Origin: Lytechinus pictus
Lineage: Eukaryota
DNA: 64,000 nucleotides
Direction of reading: 5' to 3'
Assembly: GCF_037042905.1 (NCBI RefSeq)
Contig: NC_087252.1
Span: 18,168,001-18,232,000, forward strand
In this document: in pieces, positions 1 to 13,199 of the stretch
How positions within the stretch are numbered: position 1 is the stretch's first letter
Layout: every line of letters starts with the position of its first letter
The notes under the pieces: model-generated
Seen by the model: only the letters and a program-made list of their open reading frames with translations
Database searches by the model: none
What the model was told of the DNA's origin: nothing
Translations under genes and position numbers: made by a program

Positions 1-146
1 TTTTACCAACTATTCAACATGAATTATTTAAATGGGCTCAAAAGGGCACCATAAACTAAAGGTTTGTTTAACGAATATGTGAGGTATATGACTATGAGGT
101 ATTGTCCAAGCATTTGAATACTAAATAATGGGAGGAAATACTGTAC

Positions 147-315
147 CTTGCAAAAACAACAGCTGTTGCTGTATCTTTTCCCTAACTGCCTTCTCCTTAG
201 TCAGCTTCACCTGCAGATCCTCAGTCTCTCTCCTTGATTTCTCCAACTGCTTTTTCAGGTCAATTATCTCACCACTTGTTCCACTTCCCGTTGCCGTACG
301 TCCATTTGATTTTTT
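147..315 (-). CDS. Exon 4 of the same gene (KKSNG...EIIDLKKQLEKSRRETEDLQVKLTKEKAVREKIQQQLLFLQ), coiled coil; gene continues off the left edge
   Basis: cAG acceptor, GTACAG donor, phase 0 in, heptad-like L/K/E pattern. Confidence 0.75.
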
Positions 316-596
316 CTGTCAGAATGATAACAAATCGGACACTAGTTAAAAAGTATGGTTTATGAATGTGAACCAGCGCAATTACCTCGTCATAACAGGA
401 TTTAGTTAATTTTGACCAATAACAAGGTTTCACTGTGAATTAGGATTTGTAAGATTTTACATGGCAATTAGCATACTTATCTAACTAAATATATTGACTT
501 TGTACATTTATAATGTTTAATTACTTAGCTAAATATGTTCAATGAAAATTTTAAAGGATTCATTCAAATGTGTTAAAATTGTAGCAATCAATAGGA

Positions 597-2524
597 GGGC
601 AAGTCCAAGATAAGGTCCCCTGAGAAGACAAAATTTCATCTTTGCTCAACATTGAAATGTTTGGTGTCATTTTGAAGCATGATAGTTGAAATTTAAAATT
701 CTGTGAAGGAATAAATTGTATCATGCAAATTTATGCAAATTTCAGTGACTTAATTTGCATAAATTAGAAATGCTGTGTTACGTATGGGACAAATATAAAA
801 AATCATTATTATTTAAAGAGGAAGATCAGTAGTGGGCGAGAGGGCGTTGGAACCATTTAACTATTTTGGGAGCTGGAATGAAAATAACTAAAAATACTGA
901 AGTAAGATCATTAATTTTAAACAAATGTCACGTTTATTTGATCAAAATCGGTTCAGAAATGGCTGAAATATCAAAGAAAACAGATATTTACTTTTGTACG
1001 TGGCCCACGTACAAAAGTCGATAACGGCCGTGTGTATTGATATTTGAATTTTACGAACGAATTTTCGCTCTTCGATGGATACAAGATCAACCTTTTTTCA
1101 TTCATAAAATCACACAGAAGTAAAATTAGGTGTCCAAAATTCCACGATAGTTCTTTAATGATGTTTTCTTTATATAAATACCCATTAACCTGATTTCAAA
1201 TACATTTCGAGTTCCTAAACCACTACTGATCTACACCTTTAAAGGAACACAATTGAAATTTTATTAATATGTGGACCTAAGAGGTTCATCATCTATTTTA
1301 ATTTGGTATGAAAATTTATGCACGACGCAATTAATTATGCAAATTAGGTCGCGTCCTATCAGCGATTGTCCCATACGTAACAAATTGAGGACATTTTTTT
1401 AGTTTATTTCTGAATTTGTAAAAGTTATTGCAGTGCTATTCTGGGAAGTTCTAAAAGTTTCAGAAAAGTTTTGTTAGAAACTGTGACAACATTAAGAATT
1501 TTAACTGTGTATTATTTCATATTGTGGCCCCCCTGTTCAAGATTAAATCTACAGGTAGTAAAGATGTATTTGATAAAAGCAAGGGTGTGTATGCTTTCAT
1601 TTTAGAAATCATGCAACTGTTTCATGGCATTTCATATTTAGGGAAAATACACTAATATAGACCAAGAACGGTGCACGGTGGTTCATTATATTCGCACAGA
1701 ATGATCATACTTGTTTGTAGATCTATAGCTGGTATTACTCAAGTGGTTCTTCTTGAACAATAGAAAAGGCATTTTCACACAGTTTAATTATACAACTTAA
1801 AAGCCCAGTGAATGTATAAAAATTGCCCCCACCCCCAAATAAAAAAAACAAAAAAATATCATCAAAACTTCTATAATAATTAGCACTAGTAAATACATGT
1901 TCAAATCAGTTAGTGGTTGATTAGCAGCATGCCCGTATGAAACAAAATAGATAAAAATGAAAAATATAATCAAATATGATTATGGTTGTAAATTTTATTG
2001 GAATTTCATTTTCCTGACAATTTGCAAACAAATCTGATTAATTACAGCTTATTTCACTTTGGTAACCAGACCAAAAATCCAATATACGCTTTCCACACAC
2101 TAAACGAATAGGGGAAAAAATGTCCCATACGTAACACGTCATATCTGTCTTTAATCAGAGCCTGTACTTAGAGCTTTCTGCCTTTTTACATGAAATTTAT
2201 CCTTGGTAAACTTGAGTGCTGTGACTTTTATCACAGTGAGTTTCAAGGTTTTAAAATGAAATACTTTCTGAGCAATTTCAACTTGAAAAAGAAATTAAAA
2301 AAATCTCTTTTCTTCTGGTCCCATACGTAACAGCACACATTTTCTCTTCTAAAATCTCATTGTCAAGGTCATTTCTCACAATTTTTTACATGAATACACT
2401 TCTCCTGGATATCAATCACCATGGTTAAATTCAATGCAATCAAAGTTCCTTTACACCATTTTTCTGGAAATAAAAGCCTCTGAAATGTCCCATACGTAAC
2501 ACGCGCGTTATCTTGGACTTGCCC
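597..2524. mobile_element. Non-autonomous TIR transposon, Sola2-like
   Basis: Perfect 17-bp TIR GGGCAAGTCCAAGATAA; 4-bp TSD AGGA on both sides; motif GTCCCATACGTAAC at ~1368, 2122, 2318, 2487 and inverted at ~777. Confidence 0.8.
817..1238. mobile_element. Kolobok-like MITE nested in the Sola-like element
   Basis: Imperfect TIR AGAGGAAGATCAGTAGTGG / CCACTACTGATCTACACCT, flanked by TTAA on both sides. Confidence 0.7.
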
Positions 2525-2677
2525 AGGACTGAGCATTTAGTTAATTGTCATATAACAGTGATTTTAGGACACTTTGCATATGTGAACAAACTTATAGCTT
2601 ACTATGCATCAACAGGTACCTTAGATTAATCACGCTTGCAAGTTGCAATTCCAAGGTGTTTAAATAGCTGCACATAC

Positions 2678-2755
2678 CGTTTCATTGGCACCAAACATTT
2701 GCTTCCTGAGATCCCTGGCCATCTCATTGCACTGTGAAATTTTTGATTTTGATTT
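2678..2755 (-). CDS. Exon 3 of the same gene (KSKSKISQCNEMARDLRKQMFGANET)
   Basis: Polypyrimidine tract plus cAG acceptor, GTATGT donor, 78 nt, phase 0/0, no stop codons. Not in the ORF track. Confidence 0.7.
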
Positions 2756-3217
2756 CTGAAAAAGGAAAAGATAGAAGTAAAAACAATTTTATGATTTTTT
2801 TTAAATAGTACTGTTTAGCATCTTGGGAATTGTCTAGGCACACAAGTTACACAACCATTGGCGATTGCAGTTACTTCATGAAGAAAAATTTAGCAATATG
2901 TAGACGCTTAGAACCATCTGTATTAAGCACCCAAGAAATTTAAAAAAAGAGCAAAGACATGTTATTCTGTTTCTACAAATTGAAAACAAATATCCCTCCT
3001 TATACATTTTAACCAGAACATTTGTTTATAAATATGATTGAGCTGCATAATATTGAAACAAAGCCAACAATGTTATTTCTGTAAACTGTAAAGGATTTAT
3101 TGACTATGTTTGTTGATGAGTTTGTAAATGATAACTGGATAGAAAGATTTTGTTAATCTGTCAGTCATCAAAAATTACTTCCAGTGTTGGGATATCATAT
3201 GACACATGTACACACAC

Positions 3218-3390
3218 CTTTGTTTCTTTTGGTTGAGGCTCCTCATCATCCGTCTCCAACTCCGAAGATGAATACATGTATGTGCGTGTTGGTTTCTTCT
3301 TTCTCTTCCCTCTCCCAGTTTCCTTATCAGTCTCCATTGATTGCCCGTCACACATCTTGTTCCTTTTTCTGATGAGATTATCCTTGGATC
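3218..3390 (-). CDS. Exon 2 of the same gene (RSKDNLIRKRNK...GRGKRKKKPTRTYMYSSSELETDDEEPQPKETK)
   Basis: tttaaAG acceptor and GTGTGT donor; phase 1 in matches exon 1, phase 0 out; basic NLS-like stretch followed by an acidic stretch. Confidence 0.75.
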
Positions 3391-3702
3391 CTTTAAACAA
3401 TTTTGAAACAAATTAAAAAATTAACTATACAATTTCAAACAAACTCACTTGGAGCTTTCCCACTCCTCATTTGGTTTGGTTTATGGAAATAATTAATACA
3501 AAAATCACTTTTCAAATGTCTCCATAATCATGATAATTGCTTTAACATATCAGGGAGACCCCGAAAATTTTTTTTAACAGGCTAGGGCACTTCTAAAAAA
3601 TAATCATGCACATAATCATGTTTATGTCAGATTGTCAATTTCTAGTACCTACCTCATCATTCATGCAGCTCGTCAGCGCCACACATACAGACATAACTCT
3701 GG

Positions 3703-3977
3703 GGCGATCCGAATCCACTCAAAAGTGAACAAAAAACTAAAAAAGTTCACATTTGTGCAGTTGGCCACGGGAGGGAAGTCTCGGAAGCCATTAAATGACT
3801 GAATTTGTGCCGAATGGAGGGGGAAATCCGATTCTTTTATGGAGGCACAGCAAAGCTAGCATATTGCGTCATATTTTGGTGGTAATTAAGTATTGCATGA
3901 TTTTATTATTTTAAAGCTGAATTCAGCTGCACAAATGTGAACTTTTTTTGTTCACTTTTGAGTGGATTCGGATCGCC
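3703..3977. mobile_element. MITE with ~55-bp TIRs
   Basis: GGCGATCCGAATCCACTCAAAAGTGAAC...TTCACATTTGTGCAG is mirrored at ~3927-3977; no clear TSD. Confidence 0.7.
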
Positions 3978-4390
3978 ACGCGCAGCGTGGCAATCCTCGG
4001 AGTTAACAGACATGTAACTCCGGGGATCGCTAGCGCGACAGCGCTAGTGATCCGGAGCCAAAAATGTCTAATGGGAGTAATGCGCAGCGAAAAACTGCTT
4101 TAAAATAATTAAAAAAAAAAAAAAAAAAAAAATCTGCTAGCGATGCCCGGAGTTAAATAACAGACATGTTGATAATGCATGTGAGGCTTGGTCTTGGAAA
4201 TTTACTAGTACTACGTGATCATGTGGTCAGTGCCACTGTTTACATCGCACTCACTGCAATATACCAACATCATGGCAATGTACGAACATCAGAACATAAA
4301 TCACAGACAATGTTTATAATATAGAAGAGTAGCTAGTAGAACATTCAAATACAAAGTCAAATTCAGTTAACAAAAATAACGGTAAAGCCT

Positions 4391-4943
4391 AAAGGTCTAC
4401 AATTGCACACCCCCCTGGCATTTCAAAAGTGTATGGCCGATTGAGATGAAATTTGCACAAATTGATGCTCTAATAATGATTAATACATTACGATATCGGC
4501 ATCGACATCCAATGCGATCGCAATGGAGAGTAGTTGTTGCCTCCGATCGTACAACCAATTGTGATCAATCCCAAACAATAATAACGCTGATCATAACATG
4601 TGATAAACTTTTTTCCATTATGAATATAAATTATAAGGGAAAAAATAACAGAAAAAAATGTAAAAAGTCTTGTTAATGTTATCACACTCACAGCGTTATA
4701 ATTGTTTGTGATCCATCACAATTGGTTGTACGATCGGAGGCAACAACTACTCTCCATCGGCATCGCAATCGCAGCCATTGCCATGTTGACACCGATAAGG
4801 CGATATCGTGAGTTCCCGCCTTCGAATTTCTTTGAAATTTTTGTCACATATCAATCATTATTAGTTAGAGCATCAATTTGTGCAAATTTCAATCGGCCAA
4901 ATATTTGTTGAAATGCCAGGGGGGTGTGCAATTGTAGACCTTT
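4391..4943. mobile_element. Near-palindromic foldback MITE
   Basis: AAAGGTCTACAATTGCACACCCCC... is mirrored at the right end; inner arms (GGAGAGTAGTTGTTGCCTCCGATCGTACAACCAATTG) are also inverted. Confidence 0.8.
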
Positions 4944-5049
4944 TTTTTACCAAAATAACAATTTGAATCAATATAGATCTAATTAATAGTACATTGACTG
5001 TAATACTGGTAGTGGTACAAGTCAATGGACCATGTCAATTGACTGTTAA

Positions 5050-5220
5050 CCCATCAGTGCCTAAGGCTAAGCCCCGCATATTTGTGGGATGGTAGTGATA
5101 TTTTAACGAATAATGGCCAACAAAATTTACGACAAATACGAGTTGCCAATTTGTAGAGGAAAACAATGATCAATTTGGCCTTTAGCCTTTAGGCTTTAAA
5201 TAGCTCTCGTCCTTGATGGG
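5050..5220. mobile_element. piggyBac-like MITE
   Basis: TTAA|CCCATCA ... TGATGGG|TTAA. Confidence 0.6.
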
Positions 5221-5717
5221 TTAATGAGTCACAAGTAGATCTACTAGTACTAACATACACAAGGTGTTTTACACATATGACAAGAATATATAGGATTAGG
5301 AATGGTGGCAGTGAGTGAGCATGTCAACAATAATGTTACATTCCCATGGCCATGCACACGTTTGTCTTCGGCTTCGCAGACGCAGTTTCTTTTTGGAAGG
5401 TTTAGATCTAGTATTTGAAAGTCGATTTGAACTTGAAGTTGAAGAAAAATATGTTATTATGTAGGGGCCTAGGCCTACGTTAAATTCTTTAGACTTAAAT
5501 ATTGTATGACATCAGATGTGTTCATTATGAGATTGTGCAGCCGATCATATAATTTTCAATTTGATTTTATGCAGAGAATATGTATTTTTGACATTATTCG
5601 TTGACATGTACGTCATTGTAAATATGTATGATGACCACAATTATCGTATAGTAATGCATGCATGATGCATGCATGGGACTGAGACCTGAGTTGCATGGGT
5701 ACACCGTACGGACTTAC

Positions 5718-5919
5718 TATTTACAGCCAACACTGTTGCTCGATACTTCTCCGTTTTGCTGCCACTGACCCACATAACTTCAACAGCTTGATCGACATAG
5801 CTTTCAGGATCCACATCCTTGTCCGTGTCTAATATCCAAGAAAATGGTCCAATTTCGACGCTGTCATCGCTTTCAAATTCAAAAAGACAGAAGAACTCGT
5901 CTGAAGCTGGTGGCGGCAT
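5718..5919 (-). CDS. Exon 1 of a spliced gene for a coiled-coil protein (BEN/DUF4806-like N-terminus), MPPPASDEFFCLFEFESDDSVEIGPFSW...ATVLAVN
   Basis: ATG at 5919; open frame of 202 nt ending at a consensus GTAAGT donor (phase 1); CpG-rich sequence just upstream (5950-6070). Confidence 0.75.
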
Positions 5920-6447
5920 AGTGAAGCGCTGAGATCTTGAATGAAAAATAGACGATCGCGCGCGCCTTTCTACGATCCAATAAAAAAGGTGCACGCGCGT
6001 CACGTGATTTTTCGAGATACGCGCATGCGTCCTTCAGGTGATCACGATTGTCAAACAATCGCGTACATATTACATCGCATGATTTTACTGTTCAATGTCC
6101 ATATTGCATGTAAAGATTAATTAGCCTATATAAATTTGTGTACAAATCCTGTGGGAATTGTTTTTTTTTTCAAAGAATAGTCAAAACCCTCATTATTTTT
6201 CTTTTTCATCACTGCAATCATTTGATTTGGGGCTAAAAGTTGTTGAATAATGTTCAATATTTTTTCCATAAAAAGAAAAACAAAAAAAATATAATATCAA
6301 ACAAATACATAAGAAATTAAAAATCCAAGAAATACATGAGGAATTTGTTGGCTATCACAATTTGTAATGTTAAAAACCAGTTTATTTAGTAAAAATGGAT
6401 GTTGATACAGATAATAAGCATATTCTGAGCCATATTTAGTGATTAGG

Positions 6448-6875
6448 AGTACCACGGTAGTACCACGGTAGTACCACGATAGTACCACGGTTCTACAAGT
6501 ACTTCAATTGTACCGCGGTACTATTGCAAGAGTACCACGGTAGTACCACGATAGTACCACGGTTCTACAAGTACTTCAATTGTACTGCGGTACTACTGCA
6601 TAAGTACCACGGAAGTACCACGGTAGTACCACGATAGTACCACGGTTCTACAAGTACTTCAATTGTACTGCGGTACTACTGCATAAGTACCACGGTAGTA
6701 CCACGATAGTACCACGGTTCTACAAGTACTTCAATTGTACTGCGGTACTACTGCATAAGTACCACGGTAGTACCGCGGTAGTACCGCGGTACTACAAGTA
6801 CTTCAATTGTACCGCAGTAGTACTGTGGTAGTACCGCAGTAGTACCGCGGTAATCGCAGTACTTTTTTACAAGGG
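6448..6875. repeat. Subterminal tandem array (11-mer GTAGTACCACG within ~66-bp units) ending in a probable EnSpm/CACTA-type terminus
   Basis: Clear tandem array ending abruptly in GTACTTTTTTACAAGGG (CCCTTGTAAAAAAGTAC on the minus strand). No partner terminus found in the window. Confidence 0.6.
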
Positions 6876-7131
6876 AGTAGGTGCTAGTACTACTACTACT
6901 ACTAGTACTAGTACCAGTAGTAGGCCTAGGCCTAAGTTAGGCCTAACTTAAGCCTATTGTTAATTAGGCTTGTTGAATGATCGAGGCCTGCTCAGTCTTA
7001 GTCTTACAGAGTAACAGAGTACAGTGATACTGCTAGTACAAGTAGTAGGAGTATCGGGGTGATTTGTAACTTGTGGAGTTTTCTTTAGACTAGCGCAGGT
7101 AGGCCTGCCTAGGCCCTAGTCTGACTCTGAG

Positions 7132-7167
<36 letters not shown>

Positions 7168-8849
7168 GTTCTTATTGGTCAGAAGTCGATTAGTTACGCT
7201 CTGAGTCTGACACAAATCTCTTTCAAATTCAATTTCATGGCCCTTCAATACACCCCCCCCCCCGGTTTTTACGTTAGCACGCGAAGATCCCATTCCCATG
7301 TGCTAGGCAAATTAAAAGCCTAGGCCCTAGTTAATGTAGTCAGGCAAACAGGGGGGGGGGGTCTATTTGCCATTTGGCTTGCTAACGCTATTTAGTATTG
7401 GGGTCTGTAGGTCCTAGGTCAAATGTCAAGCCATAGTCGATCCTAGACATAACTTGGACTTGGCCTGGAATTAATTTTAAACTTGGTCCAAGTGTTTTAA
7501 TTATGATCATGATGGAAAAGGGAGGGGTTAGCTTCAAAATTTAAGCACAGGCCTAGCCTGGCCTAGACCTGGTCCTACTTGACTACTTGTTTTGGTGTCT
7601 GAACCAGGTCCAGGTGTGTCATGATGGAGATTGGAGGTTTTGAGAATGAGTTCAACAATTTTAATTTAACGTTGGTTACCGTAGCGTATATAGGCGTAGG
7701 CCCTAGTGCATCTGCATGACTAGATGAGTAGATCTAGGGCCTATGGTTATACGGTTGTAATATACAATTTCGAAGCCGGTGGTTTGGATTTGGCCCAGTG
7801 AATGCCAACATTGCGGTTCTAAAATTTCTGCTAGTATCGATAATATGTATACGATGGAAAATCAAAAGGAAATTGTAGTCTATATTGGCGCTAACACTAA
7901 CAGCTTATTTTAAAAGGCCTATCTATTTAGGACCATGATTAATTTTAAGCCACCGTTTTTGAAAAATGGTGAGAATAATAAAATAAATAGAGGGTATACT
8001 AGTGATTGGCGAAAAGTTCAAACTTTTCGGTATTATTGATAAATAATTGAGTGGGAAATGTCACTTTGTTATAAATTTACAAGTAGTCTACTGCACTGCA
8101 GCAGTGCATGGTGACACCACAGAGTGAAACTAGGCTCGGCCTAACGTTAGATCTACTTACAGTAGACGCGGTTTTACATGTCTGTTTGGGGATAGACCCT
8201 ATTATCAGATGGTTCAGTTAGGCCTATAATTTGACCTATATGACGTTTTCTGGATTATGGGCCAGCGATAGACCGGTAGCGGTAATAATTATAGATTCTA
8301 CTCAGCTTTCAAATGTTATTATTGAATCAGTCATTATTTTGGAAAGTAGCAGATGATGCTTATCATTATGATTATGTCATTAGCATTTTGTAATAATACA
8401 CTTTGATAAGCATTATAAATATAAATACCTCCACTTGCACCAAGCAGTTCTGTTTAAACATGTACGCCTTGAAAGGAGGTTGGTTTTGGGAATTCACTTT
8501 GCATGAATTAAATGCCGATGCTTGGTAGAACTGTGAGCTCGAAGTTTCGAGGAAACACGGTACATGTAAAAGTAAACTTACCATGCACATGATAATCGGA
8601 TGTAATTTCGAATTAGCTTGGAATCCCCAATTTAGTTTAGATTGAAGTCAAGGGGTTCAACGAGCAGTTATTATAATAGTATGGGCCTCCTAACAAGGAA
8701 CCTTGATTTTTATGATTTTGTATGGTTTATATCTTGTGGAAATGAAACTGAAAGAATGGAAATGCTTAGGCCCTATTGGAATTGAATTACTTGTTTTTAT
8801 ATGCTTTATCAACCTCTAACCGCTCAAAGCGCTTCAGAATTGAACCTTA

Positions 8850-11800
8850 CACCTCATGGTTCAAGATATATATCAAATAGGCCTATTTGGCTGATCAATG
8901 ATTTGAACTGAGATAATATCGATAGTATCATTTAAAATAATGATAATATATTATAGATTTGGTATACATGATCAAGGCGGCAAATAAAATAATAAATAAT
9001 GATGATGAGCTTATAATTATGAGCTAATTTCTTGAAGGCATTCAGTAGAAATTGATGTAGTCGATTGACATGGGCCTGTGTTGCATGGGCCTGCGTTGGA
9101 AAGTGTCTGAAATATTGTACCATACTGTCATTTCCCCTTAATAATGCAATAAGCCATATAGGTATACTGGCCAATCAACGAAATTTACCGATTGCTCAAT
9201 CAGAAACCAGGTTCCAAAAAGTATATCTTCTTCTTGGAATTGGACAGCGTGTGAAATATTCGTGCTGGTGGCCCGTTGATTATGAAAATGTATCTAATGG
9301 GCTGGATGCAGTTATTTGGCTTGATTATTTCTGCAGTGGTGTAGAGGTAAAACCGAATACTGAAATAAGAATAATAAATAATAAAAATGATAAGAGAAGT
9401 TATAGTCTAAAATGGAACAGATTATTTGAAGCTTATTGAATCTGGTTTTGAAATATTGTCGAAGTTGCAACACGCACATATATGCATATGATATTGCATC
9501 GCTGGTTGGGGTTATACTGTAAGGAATTTGAAAATAGCAGTTATAAATGAAACATAAGGAGCAGGACTAATGATTACTCTGTGAAGGCGGTTTCAGATGT
9601 TTCGGGAAGCTGCTCGTTTCGTATAAAGCTAAAAATTTAAGTACGCGTATATTGGAAGCTATGATAAAGAGGGCGAAGGATATACATGTATATATTTTAT
9701 TTGTTATTTCTGAATAAATGGTACAACTCCATAGGCATTTAGGGGGTTCAATTGAGCCCCCTCCCCAATACTGGTGAGGATTGTAATCTTCCAAATTGTT
9801 TAATATGCTTTTCACTAGTGCTTGTGTGTTTGCAGTAGATGAAGAAATGTTCATAACCTCTGTTATATACGTCCTTCGGTTTTCGGGCCGACAAGAGTGA
9901 TAAATCGAAAAGGATAGCAAAGGGACAGACCCGTTTTGGTACTAGATATAGAATTTGGTGTTCTGCCCAGGCTTTTTTCTTCTTTTCTTTTGCAGTGCCG
10001 GATCTTTGGATGAAAGGGATTCAAGTGGGCTACTGCGAGGCAAGGTAGGCTGGCAGGAAAGTCTGATGACAATTAGACGGTAGACCTACTATAGTATGAT
10101 CTAGAACGCTCCAAGTCTGGCTGCCAAAGAGTTCCCCTTTGGTTGGATCTATTTCCTGACCAGTTAGCTTAGAGTCCATAGTAAAGGATGTCATTTTGGG
10201 GCGTTAATACGCTCTTATAATAAATAGAACTGAACTGGGTATTGTTGCCAGCAATGACACTAATTGGAGCAGTGGTCAACTTCTTCATCTTCATAGAACT
10301 AATTTACCGACAAGGTGGTTTTGATACGTATTCCAAGGAATAGAGGTTTTTCTTCAGTCAAAAAACTGGTGAACAAACATTTTAGCCTTCAAGCAACAGG
10401 GAAAGATCATATTTGAAACATCATGATACAGTGGGCTGTCTTGAAGGATAAGTTCATATAATATGAGGATGAATTCGTCATGATTTCAGTTTCAGACTTT
10501 TTATGAGGTCCCCCATATTGTTCACTTGGATGGGATTGGAACTTGAACATGTTTGAACATATGAAGAAAGCCCTTTGTACGTATGCTTTTGCCAACAAGA
10601 ATGGAACATATTGTTCAGGATAAGCATATATGAATGTATCAATGTATAAGGCACTTCAAATTTTATTCATTATCGTTTGAAGGACTACTTGTTCGGATGT
10701 TATTTAATTTTTTAAATAAATAATTATTTCATGGATGTGGTGAGGATGATAAAACAATAAAAAGGCAGTCATGTTTTACGTTGATATGTGAAAACATTAT
10801 CGAAATGATTCATCCCGGGTAAAGTTCCAGTTGATGTTAACTGGCTCTTAGTTTAACAGCATATTTAATTGAGGAGTGTTGCTCTAACCGAGTAGTCCTG
10901 ATCGGGAAGGTTTCATATTCAAATTAGTTTTAGTGCCTTCAATTATCATGATTATACTCCATGTGTTATATGGGGTTATTCTGTGGATGTTACGCAAGCT
11001 TTCAGTTTTTATTTTATCTCATTTCAACAGAACAATTTACAAAATCCATTATAACTCAGGAATGGTATAATTATGTATTTGTTGGAATTAAGTGTGAGGT
11101 GACTAACTAAATGCTGTGGTTGGATTTTAATTGATCGATTGTCTACAATTGAAGTATATTTGTGCATAGGGTTAAATCATGCACTGTTATAAATGGCAAA
11201 TGGGGCAACAAGAAAATGGCAGTACCTCAGTGCGGCATGCATTGCTGGTGTAGCAATGTTGGGATGCTTCTATTAGTTTTAGTGCCTTCAGTTATCATGG
11301 TTATACCCCATAATCCAATGGGGTTATTTTGTGGATGTTACTCAAGTTTTCAGTTTCAGATTTTATTTTATCTCATTTCCAACAGAACAGTATACAAAAT
11401 CCATGAAAATACAATTATAACTCAGGAATGGTATGATATGTATTTGTTGGAATTAAGTGTGAGGTGACTACGGTAGCTAAATGCTACCTAAATGCTAAAT
11501 GCTAAATGTTGGATTTTATTGATCGATTGTCCACAATTGAATTATTTGTGTGCATAGGGTTAAATCATGCACTGTTATAAATGTATGGCAAATGGGGCAA
11601 CAAGAATGAGGCAGTACCTCAGTGCGGCATGCATTGCTAGTTTAGCAATGTTAGGATGCTAGTATTTGTTAATTATATCAAGGTCAAACCGATGACGTTC
11701 AGCCACCATTGATAACTTATCAAAATTAGTGATGCAATGAATTTCAATTTTGAAGCTTGCAATAGGTTTGTATCAAAACCATGATACTTAAAATTGCATA

Positions 11801-13150
11801 TTATCTTGTCTTCCTTCATATGTTTTGTTTAGTTTTGTGCATGGTAATCAGATCTTAATTGTGAAGGAAGTTCTGACACGGTTTATGTTTAATGTATTTC
11901 TATTGGGAGATTGTTTCCAACAACTGAATACATAGAAGTGTTTTCCATGCTCTCATTAAACTTGAGATGGATATTTGTTCATATACTTGTATTGAATATT
12001 TCTATCTGGTTTTTAAATGTCATGTCATGCTGGTTTAAAAGGGGGCTGGTATGTTGGTCAAGGATAGAAAGCAGGTATTCTGAAAAAAAAAAAAAAAAAA
12101 AAAAAAAATAATAATAATAATAATAATAATGATATCTAGAGGCAAAGAATGCAAGCCTTCAGGTAATTGTGTCATGAAAGACAGCGACGTCAAAGGTTGT
12201 ACAAAGATGTATATTTTTGATTCATTTAATTTATTGATGGAGGGCTTGGAGGCCTTCTTGATTATGCATGATAACTGATTTAGCTTGGCCAGCTAACACA
12301 AAACTGGAGTAAATTATGAACGAAGGCTTAAAAATGAATGAAGTGTTTTGGCGGCCGATCATATATATAAAATATATTCTCGTTTGGCGGTAATTTGTCA
12401 AATTATGCCGCCTAAACACTGTTGTCATAAGATAGATTGGCATGGAATATGTTCTTTAATCCACAATGGTCACTTTTGCAAGGTGTGTAAAGCAGTGAAT
12501 TATATTTTAGCCTCTAGTTATTAGATTTTCCACTTTGATGCCATGTACGTTGATTAATATTTCATATTGAATCGGGTCCTCATTCGGTACCTAGACGAAG
12601 GGGATTTATTTATAACTTTACATAGTACTTTAGGAACGCAATTGTAATTTGAATGTAAGGGTGTCACGCTCGAACTTTCAGTTTAGGCCTCACCTGATCT
12701 CATAGGCGGGGAGGCTGGTATTCTGTATACATTTATATTTTTCGTGAAATTTTGGCCTCACCCAAGTTCTCATGCGGGAAGGCTGGTATATATATTTATA
12801 TTATATGATATAAGTATGCCATCTGTAATCCACCGATTTGCCGATAGCTCATACGTGTAGTTAATAGCTGTGCTGGTATTCCTGTCCGGCTAGCAGAGAA
12901 CCAGTGGGAAAGCAGCCGTGAAATTTAACGTTGAATTTTCTGGGAGGGGGGCCTTCTAGCCGGGGGTTTAACCCCCCTTCGGGGAGCTAAACAAAGGCTA
13001 TCGGTTGGTTCCAGACATACATGAATGTAAGTCTCTAATCAGAGGTATTCATATCCATGTTTTATACTTATGTGATTGTGACACCGGATTCGGAAAAGTG
13101 TTCATCTCTATTGAATAAAGCCACGACATAATCGCATATTATTTTGTATT
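8850..13150 (+). mobile_element. Probable highly decayed DIRS/Ngaro-type tyrosine-recombinase retrotransposon (boundaries approximate)
   Basis: Motif remnants in expected order: RT-like GIGQRV...GLDAVIWLDYF (~9235-9335), YAFANKNGTY (~10580), YR-like SGPHSVPRRRG (~12572-12604). Then a short direct repeat (~12687/12754) and AATAAA at ~13115. Confidence 0.4.
10924..11662 (+). repeat. Tandem duplication, ~350-390 bp unit x2
   Basis: TTAGTTTTAGTGCCTTCA...GCAGTACCTCAGTGCGGCATGCATTGCT occurs twice, starting at ~10924 and ~11273. Confidence 0.85.
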
Positions 13151-13199
13151 GTCATTTTGTTTGCCGAGTATAAGGCCTCATAAGTCCTTCACCTAAAGC

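Noticed and set aside
128..349. Plus-strand 73-aa ORF
   Set aside because: It is the antisense shadow of minus-strand exon 4.
6448..6862. CRISPR-like regular repeats
   Set aside because: There are no unique spacers or cas genes, and the context is eukaryotic; this is a simple tandem/subterminal array.
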